DNA of 64,000 bases, taken from a virus. Positions 27,624 to 37,100 of the stretch are shown here, piece by piece. The stretch spans positions 1 to 64,000 of the IMG/VR virus record IMGVR_UViG_3300008108_000034. One strand, written 5' to 3'. A program made the translations under genes and the position numbers. Each line of letters begins with the position of its first letter. Position 1 is the first letter of the stretch. Under the pieces are notes generated by a model that was not told where the DNA came from, ran no database searches, and saw only the letters and a list, made by a program, of their open reading frames with translations.

Positions 27624-27959
27624 GATTTTTAATTAGTTAGTATTATTTATTTTTGTTTTTCTTGGTGGATCCGCCTTTTTTTAGTCTAGGTTGTAGATCA
27701 CTTATTTTATAAGGATAAGTTTTACCCTCTTGACGATATCGCTCCATTTGACCCATTCTATTTACCGCTTCACGCCTACCTTGGATTTCATAATTCTTCT
27801 TTTCCTCATCTGTTGCTACCATTGAAGGCTTTTTTAAAAGTTGTTGACCAGCATCTTGAAACTTTTTGAGTTTAGTTCCTTTTTTTATAGCAGTGCCTGC
27901 TGCTGATTTTTTCATTTTAGTTTTCATTTATACAGATTTTTAATTGGTTAGTATTATTT
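27624..27959 (-). repeat. 25-bp direct repeat at two gene junctions (27624-27648 and 27935-27959)
   Basis: Minus strand AAATAATACTAAC(T/C)AATTAAAAATC, one mismatch; each copy spans a stop codon and the next leader. Confidence 0.85.
27643..27927 (-). CDS. Small basic protein
   Basis: Lys-rich; contains LKKFQ and LKKGG motifs. Confidence 0.75.
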   Translation of the reverse strand: MKTKMKKSAAGTAIKKGTKLKKFQDAGQQLLKKPSMVATDEEKKNYEIQGRREAVNRMGQMERYRQEGKTYPYKISDLQPRLKKGGSTKKNKNK

Positions 27960-28229
27960 CTTTTTGGATTTCTTAGCACCTGCGATACGATCTGCAGCAG
28001 TTGCTTTATCATAAGGGGGAGCCAAAGCAGCGAAACGCTTAGTTTTGGTGGTACCACCTTTAGCATACATTGCATAGTTACTCATGGTATCACCAGAGAT
28101 AGCGACAGGCTTCTTGGGTGAACGAGTGTTCATCACAGCTTTTACGCTGGTTCCTGCTGTCTTTGCAGTGGATGATCCTTTGCTCTTGCGAGCAGGACTG
28201 ACTTTTGCTTTTGATTTGTTGCTTGCCAT
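27954..28229 (-). CDS. Small basic K/A/S-rich protein
   Basis: Histone H1-like composition; YAKGG and FAALAPPYDK.T.ADRIAGA motifs. Confidence 0.75.
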   Translation of the reverse strand: MASNKSKAKVSPARKSKGSSTAKTAGTSVKAVMNTRSPKKPVAISGDTMSNYAMYAKGGTTKTKRFAALAPPYDKATAADRIAGAKKSKKK

Positions 28230-28231
28230 TG

Positions 28232-28420
28232 TTATTTCTTTTTACGCATTTTACCTAATGTTTGAGCAAGCGCCGCTTGACGCTTGGTTCGAGTGCTTGC
28301 CTTGCTACCCTCTTTAAGAACGCTCTTTGCATATGCACTCACTGACTTACCTGCTGCTTTCGCTTTGGCTGTGAATGCACCTGGACGCTTGATAGCTTTC
28401 TGGATCCACTTCTCAGCCAT
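28232..28420 (-). CDS. Small basic phage protein
   Basis: KWIQKAIKRPGAFTAKAK...RQAALAQTL motif. Confidence 0.8.
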   Translation of the reverse strand: MAEKWIQKAIKRPGAFTAKAKAAGKSVSAYAKSVLKEGSKASTRTKRQAALAQTLGKMRKKK

Positions 28421-28421
28421 G

Positions 28422-28622
28422 TTATTTCTTTTTTGGAGGATTGGTTATACCACCCATAACCGCTTTTTGTAAGTCTTCGGTTGCTTTTAATACTTCACGC
28501 ATCAAACCTTTATCCTTCTGGATATCGGCTGCACGCTTCAGAGTATCCATCGCAGACTGAACTTTCCAGTTACGTTCCTCTTTGGACATCTGAATCTTGG
28601 GTGTCGATTTTGTCTTTGCCAT
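28422..28622 (-). CDS. Small basic protein
   Basis: 66 aa, tightly packed in the array. Confidence 0.75.
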   Translation of the reverse strand: MAKTKSTPKIQMSKEERNWKVQSAMDTLKRAADIQKDKGLMREVLKATEDLQKAVMGGITNPPKKK

Positions 28623-28649
28623 GTTGGTTGGTTTTGGGTGTAAATATAA

Positions 28650-28931
28650 TTAGCAATTCCATTTTCGCAAAGACTTGTTTATCCTTGAGTTAGGATCATT
28701 GGCTGTCTTTGCTGAAGTCAACTTGGCTTTCATACCTTTCATCCTGGAACAGAATGACTTACGTCGTTTTGCGTCCTTACTCCCCTTCTTGATTTTGGAA
28801 GGTTTGGTGGTTACTGCAGTCTGCAGTTTGCTACCAGGATTTGCTCTACGATATGAAGCAACACCTTTAGCATTGAGACCCCCTTTGGGATCCTTGCCTT
28901 CCTTACGCTGCCAACTTGGTGTTTTTGCCAT
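28650..28931 (-). CDS. DUF6321-like small basic phage protein
   Basis: WQRKEGKDPKGGLNAKGVASYRRANPGSKL...RRKSFCSRM...SRINKSLRKWNC. Confidence 0.8.
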   Translation of the reverse strand: MAKTPSWQRKEGKDPKGGLNAKGVASYRRANPGSKLQTAVTTKPSKIKKGSKDAKRRKSFCSRMKGMKAKLTSAKTANDPNSRINKSLRKWNC

Positions 28932-29170
28932 TACTTCTTCTTTTTGTATTTGTAATCAGGGTTGTCCTTATGCCATTTCTTGGTGGAGGCAACCCCCTGT
29001 TTGACTGTCTTTGCCTTACCTATCTTGGTAAGATTGATGGTATCCCACTTACCTTTATCCTTGGTAGGATGGTTGACCATGATATCTCCAGGCTCGCCTT
29101 TACCACGCTTGTTGGTCTTCTTGTAGACCACATGCTTCTCACCGCCAGCTGTAACCTTGGTCTTCTTCAT
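28931..29170 (-). CDS. Small basic protein
   Basis: 79 aa, Lys-rich, translationally coupled. Confidence 0.75.
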   Translation of the reverse strand: MKKTKVTAGGEKHVVYKKTNKRGKGEPGDIMVNHPTKDKGKWDTINLTKIGKAKTVKQGVASTKKWHKDNPDYKYKKKK

Positions 29171-29328
29171 TTCTTTTTTGAAGCTGCCTTGATCTTACGC
29201 TCCTGCTTGAGCATCTGTTTAGTGGGTTTCTTACCTGAACCTTTGTTGGCGCGGATGTTGTCCCACAATCCTCGTTGGGAGTAGGATCCATCAGCACGCT
29301 TGATCATTTGTTTCTTTTTTACGGACAT
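29167..29328 (-). CDS. Small basic protein (53 aa, not in ORF track)
   Basis: Manual translation MSVKKKQMIKRADGSYSQRGLWDNIRANKGSGKKPTKQMLKQERKIKAASKKK; ATGA overlap downstream. Confidence 0.75.
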   Translation of the reverse strand: MSVKKKQMIKRADGSYSQRGLWDNIRANKGSGKKPTKQMLKQERKIKAASKKK

Positions 29329-30857
29329 GGTATTTGAGTAAAGCTATATGTAGTTGCAGTAAGTGGAGAAGACACTGATGGAGCAACAAATGAACCAGCT
29401 CCTGCGGTATATGCATTGTATACAGTGATCCTATAATCAAAGATATCAGTGAAGTCTACAACAACATAACAAGCTGGTCCATAAAGAGAGGAATATATCT
29501 GAGTAAGAATAGATGTGGCTGTTACAGTATCAGCTAGATCTACATATCCTCCTCCATTGAAATCAGTAAGATTTATGGTAGATACATCATTCAATCTATC
29601 TATGTATTGATCAAATGCTGGTATGATGACCTCCATGCAACCAGGATCACAGGACGATGAAATAGTATTGTATACGGTCTTATCAGTATATGGACCACTT
29701 GGTTCCACATATATTGGTAGAATATCTGCATAACTGACCGATGTAAACACCAATATCACATAGACCTGGGAAAATGAAGAATCATAGTACGCCAAGACAT
29801 TACATCCATATGTTGAAGCTATTGTTGTTGTCCATGTTGCAGGATCATCGGCAGGAAGTCCATCAACAGTTTCACCACTTCCTACAGAAATTACAAATGC
29901 ATAACAGCTGGCACATGGTGTGTCGCAACTGGTTACATAACTTTCACCGTCAAAATTTGGAGTACCTCCGCCTATTTTTACTGATACAAATTTAGCAGGT
30001 CTTGCACAAGTGTATGCTCCACATATGACTGTATAAAACTCTCCTGTGGTTCCATTTTGAGCATTTGTCTGTATAAGAGTTATTTGAGGACCACTTATAG
30101 CTCTTGCAATTTGCTGGACTTGATCAAAATTGTCAATCCTTACAGGAAGAGTTAAATTAACAGCAAGTGCTGCAACATAACCTGTATTTGAACTAAATTG
30201 AAAAGAGGTAAACTCAATATCTGACGGAGATGTTCCGCCTCTAAATAGCCACGGAGTAAGGTTTTCTGGACTTATATAAGTAGGATTGCACGTTACTCCT
30301 GGTAAAAACTCAATTGGGAAAGTTGTTACATTGGAATTAACATCAAACGTAACAGACCAATTGGGTACGGATGTTGTATTGATGTACAATATAAGTTTAA
30401 ATGTTGCAGAAGTTGGAGTAGAAGAAGTTGTATATAAAACACCCCATGTATCGTAACCTAAATCCTGTAAATCTGTAAATACCCTTTCCCAAATGTTTGT
30501 TGTTAGAACAGTGCTGGTATCCACATCTGTTATAGTAACGGTTCCTGAGTAAACTAACGATAAATTATCAGTTACAGTTGCGTTATTTGATGTATAAACA
30601 CAAGGTGGCTCGAAGGATATGCAGTTATAGATCAAGCTCTTCTTCCAGGGGTATATCATGTACTTGTACTTCCCGCTGTTTAGAAGACGCCAGGCTGCAT
30701 CAGGCTGGTTGTTGTCCCCATAGACCACAAGCTTTTCATACAGCTTGCGCATCTCACGCTGAGTCCAATTATTGACACCACCCCTAGGACCTCTCCAAGG
30801 CATAGATCGCATCTGCATGATGCAGTTCCATAACTGTTCTTTTTCAGCAGGTGTCAT
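29319..30857 (-). CDS. Putative virion structural/decoration protein (beta-rich, Thr/Ser/Cys-containing)
   Basis: 512 aa in the late region; charged N-terminal ~85 aa, then a T/S/Y/V-rich body. Confidence 0.6.
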   Translation of the reverse strand: MTPAEKEQLWNCIMQMRSMPWRGPRGGVNNWTQREMRKLYEKLVVYGDNNQPDAAWRLLNSGKYKYMIYPWKKSLIYNCISFEPPCVYTSNNATVTDNLSLVYSGTVTITDVDTSTVLTTNIWERVFTDLQDLGYDTWGVLYTTSSTPTSATFKLILYINTTSVPNWSVTFDVNSNVTTFPIEFLPGVTCNPTYISPENLTPWLFRGGTSPSDIEFTSFQFSSNTGYVAALAVNLTLPVRIDNFDQVQQIARAISGPQITLIQTNAQNGTTGEFYTVICGAYTCARPAKFVSVKIGGGTPNFDGESYVTSCDTPCASCYAFVISVGSGETVDGLPADDPATWTTTIASTYGCNVLAYYDSSFSQVYVILVFTSVSYADILPIYVEPSGPYTDKTVYNTISSSCDPGCMEVIIPAFDQYIDRLNDVSTINLTDFNGGGYVDLADTVTATSILTQIYSSLYGPACYVVVDFTDIFDYRITVYNAYTAGAGSFVAPSVSSPLTATTYSFTQIPCP

Positions 30858-30997
30858 CTACCTTGTCCTCTATATGCTTTTTTATACAACTTGCTGGACT
30901 TCAGCTTACTAGACTTAGTCTTAGCATGAATACCAGGTCTATTGACCTCTTTCTTAACAACCGTCCTTACGGATTCTGATTTCTTAGGCTTTGCCAT
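30854..30997 (-). CDS. Small basic protein (47 aa, not in ORF track)
   Basis: Manual translation MAKPKKSESVRTVVKKEVNRPGIHAKTKSSKLKSSKLYKKAYRGQGR; ATGA overlap with the next gene. Confidence 0.8.
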   Translation of the reverse strand: MAKPKKSESVRTVVKKEVNRPGIHAKTKSSKLKSSKLYKKAYRGQGR

Positions 30998-31014
30998 ACA
31001 CTATAATATAAGCA
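30997..31014 (-). promoter_or_regulatory. Candidate late promoter motif TGCTTATATTATAGTGTA
   Basis: Matches the 25922-25939 motif; abuts the ATG of the first small basic gene. Confidence 0.5.
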
Positions 31015-31018
31015 AAAT

Positions 31019-31141
31019 TTATTTGAGAATCAACCACAAAACCAATGCTCCAATGGTCCAAATACACCAGTTGGGTACGCTTGGCAAATATGCATCGATT
31101 GATTCGTTGATTCCTGCGATAATGTCTTTGATGGTTTTCAT
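31019..31141 (-). CDS. Small membrane peptide (40 aa)
   Basis: MKTIKDIIAG...WCIWTIGALVLWLILK with a C-terminal TM. Confidence 0.5.
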   Translation of the reverse strand: MKTIKDIIAGINESIDAYLPSVPNWCIWTIGALVLWLILK

Positions 31142-31160
31142 GATGTGTTTTTGTTTAAGG

Positions 31161-34100
31161 TTAATATTTCTGTTTTGCCTGTTCCTTAGCTCTAAAGTAA
31201 GGATCATACATGTCTATTATGTTTGAGAAACCAGTGATGTCCTGGAAATTCTTTATCACTTTGGCATCACCCTTTTGCTGGTGACCTGCATTACGCTGGT
31301 AAAATCCGTTTTCATAAGCACCTTCGTCACCTGTAAGGTTGTAGTTTATATACCATAATCCATTTGTCATGAGGGAACCCATGGTTTTGACCTCTTTGAA
31401 TGCTGTTGTAAACTGTCCAAACTGATCTATGTAATCCAGAGGTTTACCTACGATTGGAACAGGAACCATTGAACGTGTTTCGTTTGTGGTCTTTATCAAC
31501 GCTCGGTATAACTGAAGTTCACCCCATGAAAGATCATCACGGTCTTCATCATAAATCATGGCTCGCAACATCATGTACAAATGATATCCAAGATATGCCA
31601 GTAAGACTTCTCTTGCTGTCTGTGCAGCTTTCGCACGATATGGATCGGATGTCTCAATACCTGTGTTTATTGATTTCTTCAACTTGTCAGATCCAAGTGC
31701 CGACAGTCCTGGAAAAGAAAGGATTCCATCCAGTAAAAAGGTCTTTGCACCCTTCTTGAATCCATGATACTGGAAGAATCTCCATGTACCTACCCACCAT
31801 CCCATGTAAGCTTCTTCGGTACTCCATCCATAAGAGGATCCTACACCCTTATAGGTGTCTGAGAATGCTCCTTGGAAACGTGCGGATATTGCTGGAATAA
31901 GGTATTTACGGTAATACTCAAACAGCGATCCCCAGATGGTGCTTCCGAACTTACTCTTGGTAGCTTGGGAATAGTTACCTTGGAATCTGTAGATCTCAGT
32001 AAGTATCAAAACCTTGAGGTCCTCAACCTCGCGTTCGGAAAGATTCACGTCTTCCCTGATGTGTATGGAATTGTTCTTGAGTTTGAAGGCTTCCATTCCA
32101 TTGACCATCACGGTTGATCCGTCAGCGTTCTTCTTCAGCTTTTTGGTTCCGTTTTCCATGATGACATTTCCATCAGGATCTGTCTCAAACACTTCATACC
32201 TGCGATTCACAAGTATCATGAGCGCAGTAGTCACACCTATTTCCACCTCACCTTTGTCCTGGATTATCATCGCAAGGTCACCCACATTAAACACCCTGTT
32301 TGCCAACCTGCGTGCTTTACCTGCGGTATTGGCATCCATCACCCTGTCAAGATTCTTGGCAAGCGGATTCAGAAAACGAATAAGTTTTGTCTCAAAACTT
32401 GCATCTGATATCTTTCCCCAATCAGCAAGCATTGCAGGAAAGAACTTACCATACAGGAGTTTCTTAGCTGTGAAATAATCAGCTTCAGTGGCATGTCTGC
32501 TTGCGGATGTCGATAGGAAACCCTGGATGTTACCAGATAGAAGGTTACCTACCTGCATACTTGCGTCAAATGCCATACGACCCCATGCTCCAATCTGCAT
32601 GAGAATCCTCATGTTCTTACGGTTCAGTACGGTTTTGCTCTCGTCAGTGCTCTTTTCATATATCTGACCGAATACGAACTTGTCGCGATTGAATTTGATC
32701 TGTTCAATTATGGTCCGCAATTTGTTTGCGTTATTCAGCGACTCCGTTGTCCCTTTATCGACAAGCTCCTTGTATCGACCTTCCAGGTAATTCAAACTGC
32801 TTGACATGTATATGTCTAGGAAAGTCAATTGCTTGTTCAGGTAAAATCCAGCATTCCAATTCACAATCGCTTCGATTCCATTGGTGGTGGTAAGTTCAGC
32901 AGCCATGGGATAGTTCTCCTTGAAGAGAATCTTCATGTTTCCAGCCATACCGGATTCGTTTGTCGCCTTTTCAAACTCACTACCTGCGTAGTGAACCTCC
33001 TGCGCTTTTTCCTGTATCTCTCTTGCGACACCTGTCATTCCTTTGGTGACCAGGTTGTCAAATCCGAGTTGTTGTACGTTGGGGAAACGGAATCCCAGCG
33101 GTGTTCCTGAAGCCTCCCGTTGTTTCAAAAGGAAATTCTCCACAATCCATTTTGAATAAAACTCCTTCGTCTTGGGATTAGCCAGGATCTGCATGAATTT
33201 CGGATTCACATATTCACCTTTTGGATTTGTGATATCGAACATGTTGGTATCCTTGTTGAACCTTATGCCTTTAGGCATAGGATAAAAACCCCTACCGTAT
33301 TTATTCTTCACAAATGAATCCTGGTAATCGGGATTGTACGCGGCGTCTTTGAGGATCTTGATCTTGTATTTCTTGTTTGGAACCATCTCCATCATGTTCG
33401 GATCAGATGGCATGTATGTGTAAAGATGCGATCTCCACTTTTCATTCAACGCTCCGCCTTTGGCAAGAGTGTCTTTTCCCACCACGTATTTGGTGTTGCT
33501 ATGCTTGTTGAAGAAAGTTGCAAACTCCTTCTCATGATTCATGTATTGTTTCTCAGCATCCGCTATCTGGTCAAGAAGTGTACGGTCAACCGTTGCAAGA
33601 TTGTCCCTTTTACGATTCAGTTCCTGCAGATAGTTGTACGACTTGATGACACGGTCACGGTGGTTGTTGAAATCCCTTGCGAAATCAGTGCGTAAAACCT
33701 TGGTACGCATGCTTGCAAGTTCTGAGAAAAGGTCATTGAGTTCCATTTTCTCATCATCAGTGAGCATGTCATCAGGTTCCATCCTGAGTTCCTCTTTTCT
33801 CAACTCAAGTTCATCCTCCAATGATTCGTATTCAGCTATCTCCTGCTCATTGAGAAACTTGTAATTGAATTTGCCTCTCACATAAGCTTTGGATCTCAGT
33901 TTATTCATACGTTCGCGTATGTCCTGCATCACAGGATCCTGTGACTTCAGTTCAGCGATTCTTTCAAATATCTCATTTACACGGTCAGTGTACTCTGCGG
34001 TGGGAGTCATGTCCGTATTGTTCATATCAAAACGTTCAAGAAGTTTTGCGTCTCCCTGGTTTCTTATGGCTGTACGTTTCTTCTCCCAAAGGTTATAGTT

Positions 34101-37100
34101 GAGTCGGAAAGTGTAATACTCATCAAGCTCTTTGTAACGCTCCATCGCCTGCGGATCCTTGTCACGGATCTCTTGGAGAATCCTTGACATCTGGGATTCC
34201 AAATCATCAATGATTTCCTGCTGCATGTCGTCAAGATAAGCATCACTACCAACAGATTTGACAATACTGCTTATCTTATCTCGAATGGCACTGATTTCAG
34301 CTATCTGACTTCCGCTTTGAAGCTGTAATCGCATTACCTCAGGCTTGAGAATGGTGTTCGTTTTTTCAATTTTCCATTCTGTGAATGCGGTGTATGTTGC
34401 ACGTTGCTGCTCATTGAGTTTATCTCTTTCTTGACGCAGAGTCTGAGCTTCAGCTTCTTCCACACCTTGATTCAGTTTCCGGTTGATCTCATCAATTTTC
34501 TTGTTGAGTGTACGAAGAGCGATGGTGAAGTTGTCATGCTCCTTGTAAAACTTCGAGTGTGCAGGATCAGCATATACACGAACGGTTTCAGTACCTGTCA
34601 CATTTCCATTCTCATCATACACGTCAACTTCAATCTCCTCACTGAAGAACTTGTTTGCTTCAGTGATTCCTCCTAATGAATCAATGATATCCTGTTTCAA
34701 CTTGTCTATGCCAAGGGATTCCGCCCAACGCAGCATTTCCACTCTGGATCTCTCAGTGATGTTGTACATGTATTTCCACATGGCGGCGACAATAGCTTCA
34801 GAGTTGGCATTGTCACCGATTATTGAATCCATGGTGATGAGTCCGTTGGCACCCTGTACTGTACTACCCATGTAAAAGACATGTTCTCCACTGTTGAGAA
34901 TGCCATCCAGATACATGTCAATGGTTTTATCATCAAACTGCTTGATTGCGATCATCTGTCTGATCTCTTCAGCGCGTTTTTTGAAGTCCTCCAACTTTGT
35001 GGTGTTAAGCGGTTTATCACTGCCTAGAAGATTCTTCAATCTACGCAGTGCATTGTAAGTCATGCTTTCAGGATTCAATTGTCCGGACTCCATCTTCTGG
35101 ATCTGTTTCTCCAAGTATTGAAGTTCCACCTCCAGAAGCTTGCTCATTTCACCGAACACTTTCAATGATTGCGTGCCAACTGTCGCTTTCATGATCGCTA
35201 TTATGACCCTTCGACCGACTCTCCCATTCTTATTTTCAACTTCCGCAATTCCTTCACGCATATCATGCAACATCTGACTTATCTCCCTCTTTGTCTGGGG
35301 ATCCAAGTCTTCCATTTGTTGTATGGTGTTGCCGAACATCTGGATGCTTTCACTCATTCCACCAAGAGAACGATTGTAATACTGAAGCAGACCCAGTGCA
35401 ACCTGATTCTCGGGAGTACCCAACTCGAATGTCTTTGGAACGTCTATCGCCTTTACCCTTTCGACAATCATTTCGATCTCATTGGTGAATACATCGAAAG
35501 CGGTCTTTATCAAAAGAGCTTTTGCAGTACGTATCGCCTCAGAACTTTCACTTGAGAAATCCTTTTTTATGCTTTCACGAAGACTCACAAGACTCTGCTG
35601 ACGGCGTTTGAGCATGTTGATCTTCTCTTCGCGCTCTTCCTGCGGGATCTTTTTGTCCTCACTTATCCTCCTTACATCGGAAGCAATGACTTCAAACTGG
35701 TTCTTGGCAAGTTCGTCAAAACGTTCAAGCATCATGTCCTGTATGGAAGGATCTATGGATGCAAAAGGATTCATCTTTCCTTCACCAGGTAAAGTGGTGT
35801 TGTCAGTCATCTGATCCAACTCACGGAAACTCTGTCTGGCAGCCATTTCAATACCATTTGACATGGCAGGTTGGTCCGCAGGATCGACTTGACCGAAGAA
35901 ATCATAATCCCTGAAGGTGGCGATCTTGTATCCGATCATCTTGTTATCCTTGGGATCTTCAGCGTTCTTGTCATATTTGTACGCAAGCGCCCACACGGTG
36001 CGTCCGTTGACATTGATGTTCAGTTTACGCAACATCTCGGAATAAACCGCAAGCTGCATGTGGTACTTGTCAAGCGCGCTTCTGTCCTTTATCTGAGAGA
36101 AAAGGTAATTGGCACCATCCTTGAAAAAGGTTTTGACAAAGTTCTTTGTGGTGAACGCCATCATCGGAAATGAACCGATTGGATACTTGTTTGCGCTTTT
36201 TGTCTTAAGGTCGATGACTTCGATGTTTCCGTTCTTGTCAACAGCCATCAAGTCAAGACGTCCAAGAACCATGTTTCCATTCAAATCCTGCACTGCGATA
36301 CTTATCTCAGGAAGTATGATCTTTCCGTCACTGAGTATGGAACTCATCTGTCCAGCAAGTTCCAAGGCTGCATTCCTAAGAGTATCCTTGTCAAAGTCCG
36401 AAAACTTGATCAACCTTTCGTTTTTCTTAAAGAAGTTGTCAAAGAACGCAGGATCCGACATGATTATGATCGGAGCCTTTCCTGTATTGATATACTCCTC
36501 CTGGAGTTCCTCAAGCAGGTAGTGATAGAAGTTACCGAAGTTAGCACCAAGTTCAGCGACAAAACTGTCAAGCATCTCCGTGTCTTCGGAACCTATGTAC
36601 TTGGTTACACCGATGGTCTGACCACCTCCCTTCAACCATTCAAGCTTGTCCTTTACGTTTTGTTCAAGCTTCTTTATGACTTCAAGTTGAGCAGCAGTCT
36701 TCCTGAATGCTGTGGTGGACAGGAGTTTCTTGCGCATGTTGGCAATCTTCTCAATCTCCTTTTCAGCTTTTTCAATGTTGAGTTCCCTGGCTGTCTTCTT
36801 CTTGTTGACAGGATCAAGTTTTTGAGTCTCTTCTCTGTCTTCAGGATTGAAGTTGGCACCTTCGACATCAGGTGTCGCACTGTAGTACAGGTAAGGATCC
36901 ACCTCGGGTGTATCGAAGTAAGCGCCTTTGATGTTGATTGTCTGAGCTATCGTTGCAAGAGTTGTCTTTCCGTCAACCTTTTCCATGTTCAGAAGCTTCG
37001 ACAACCAGTCGAAAAACCTTTGTATCAGGTTTGCCAATGGAGATCGTCTTCCTTCAGGTGCAATGCTCAACTCGTTCTTCATGGCTATTGCAAGATTCTT

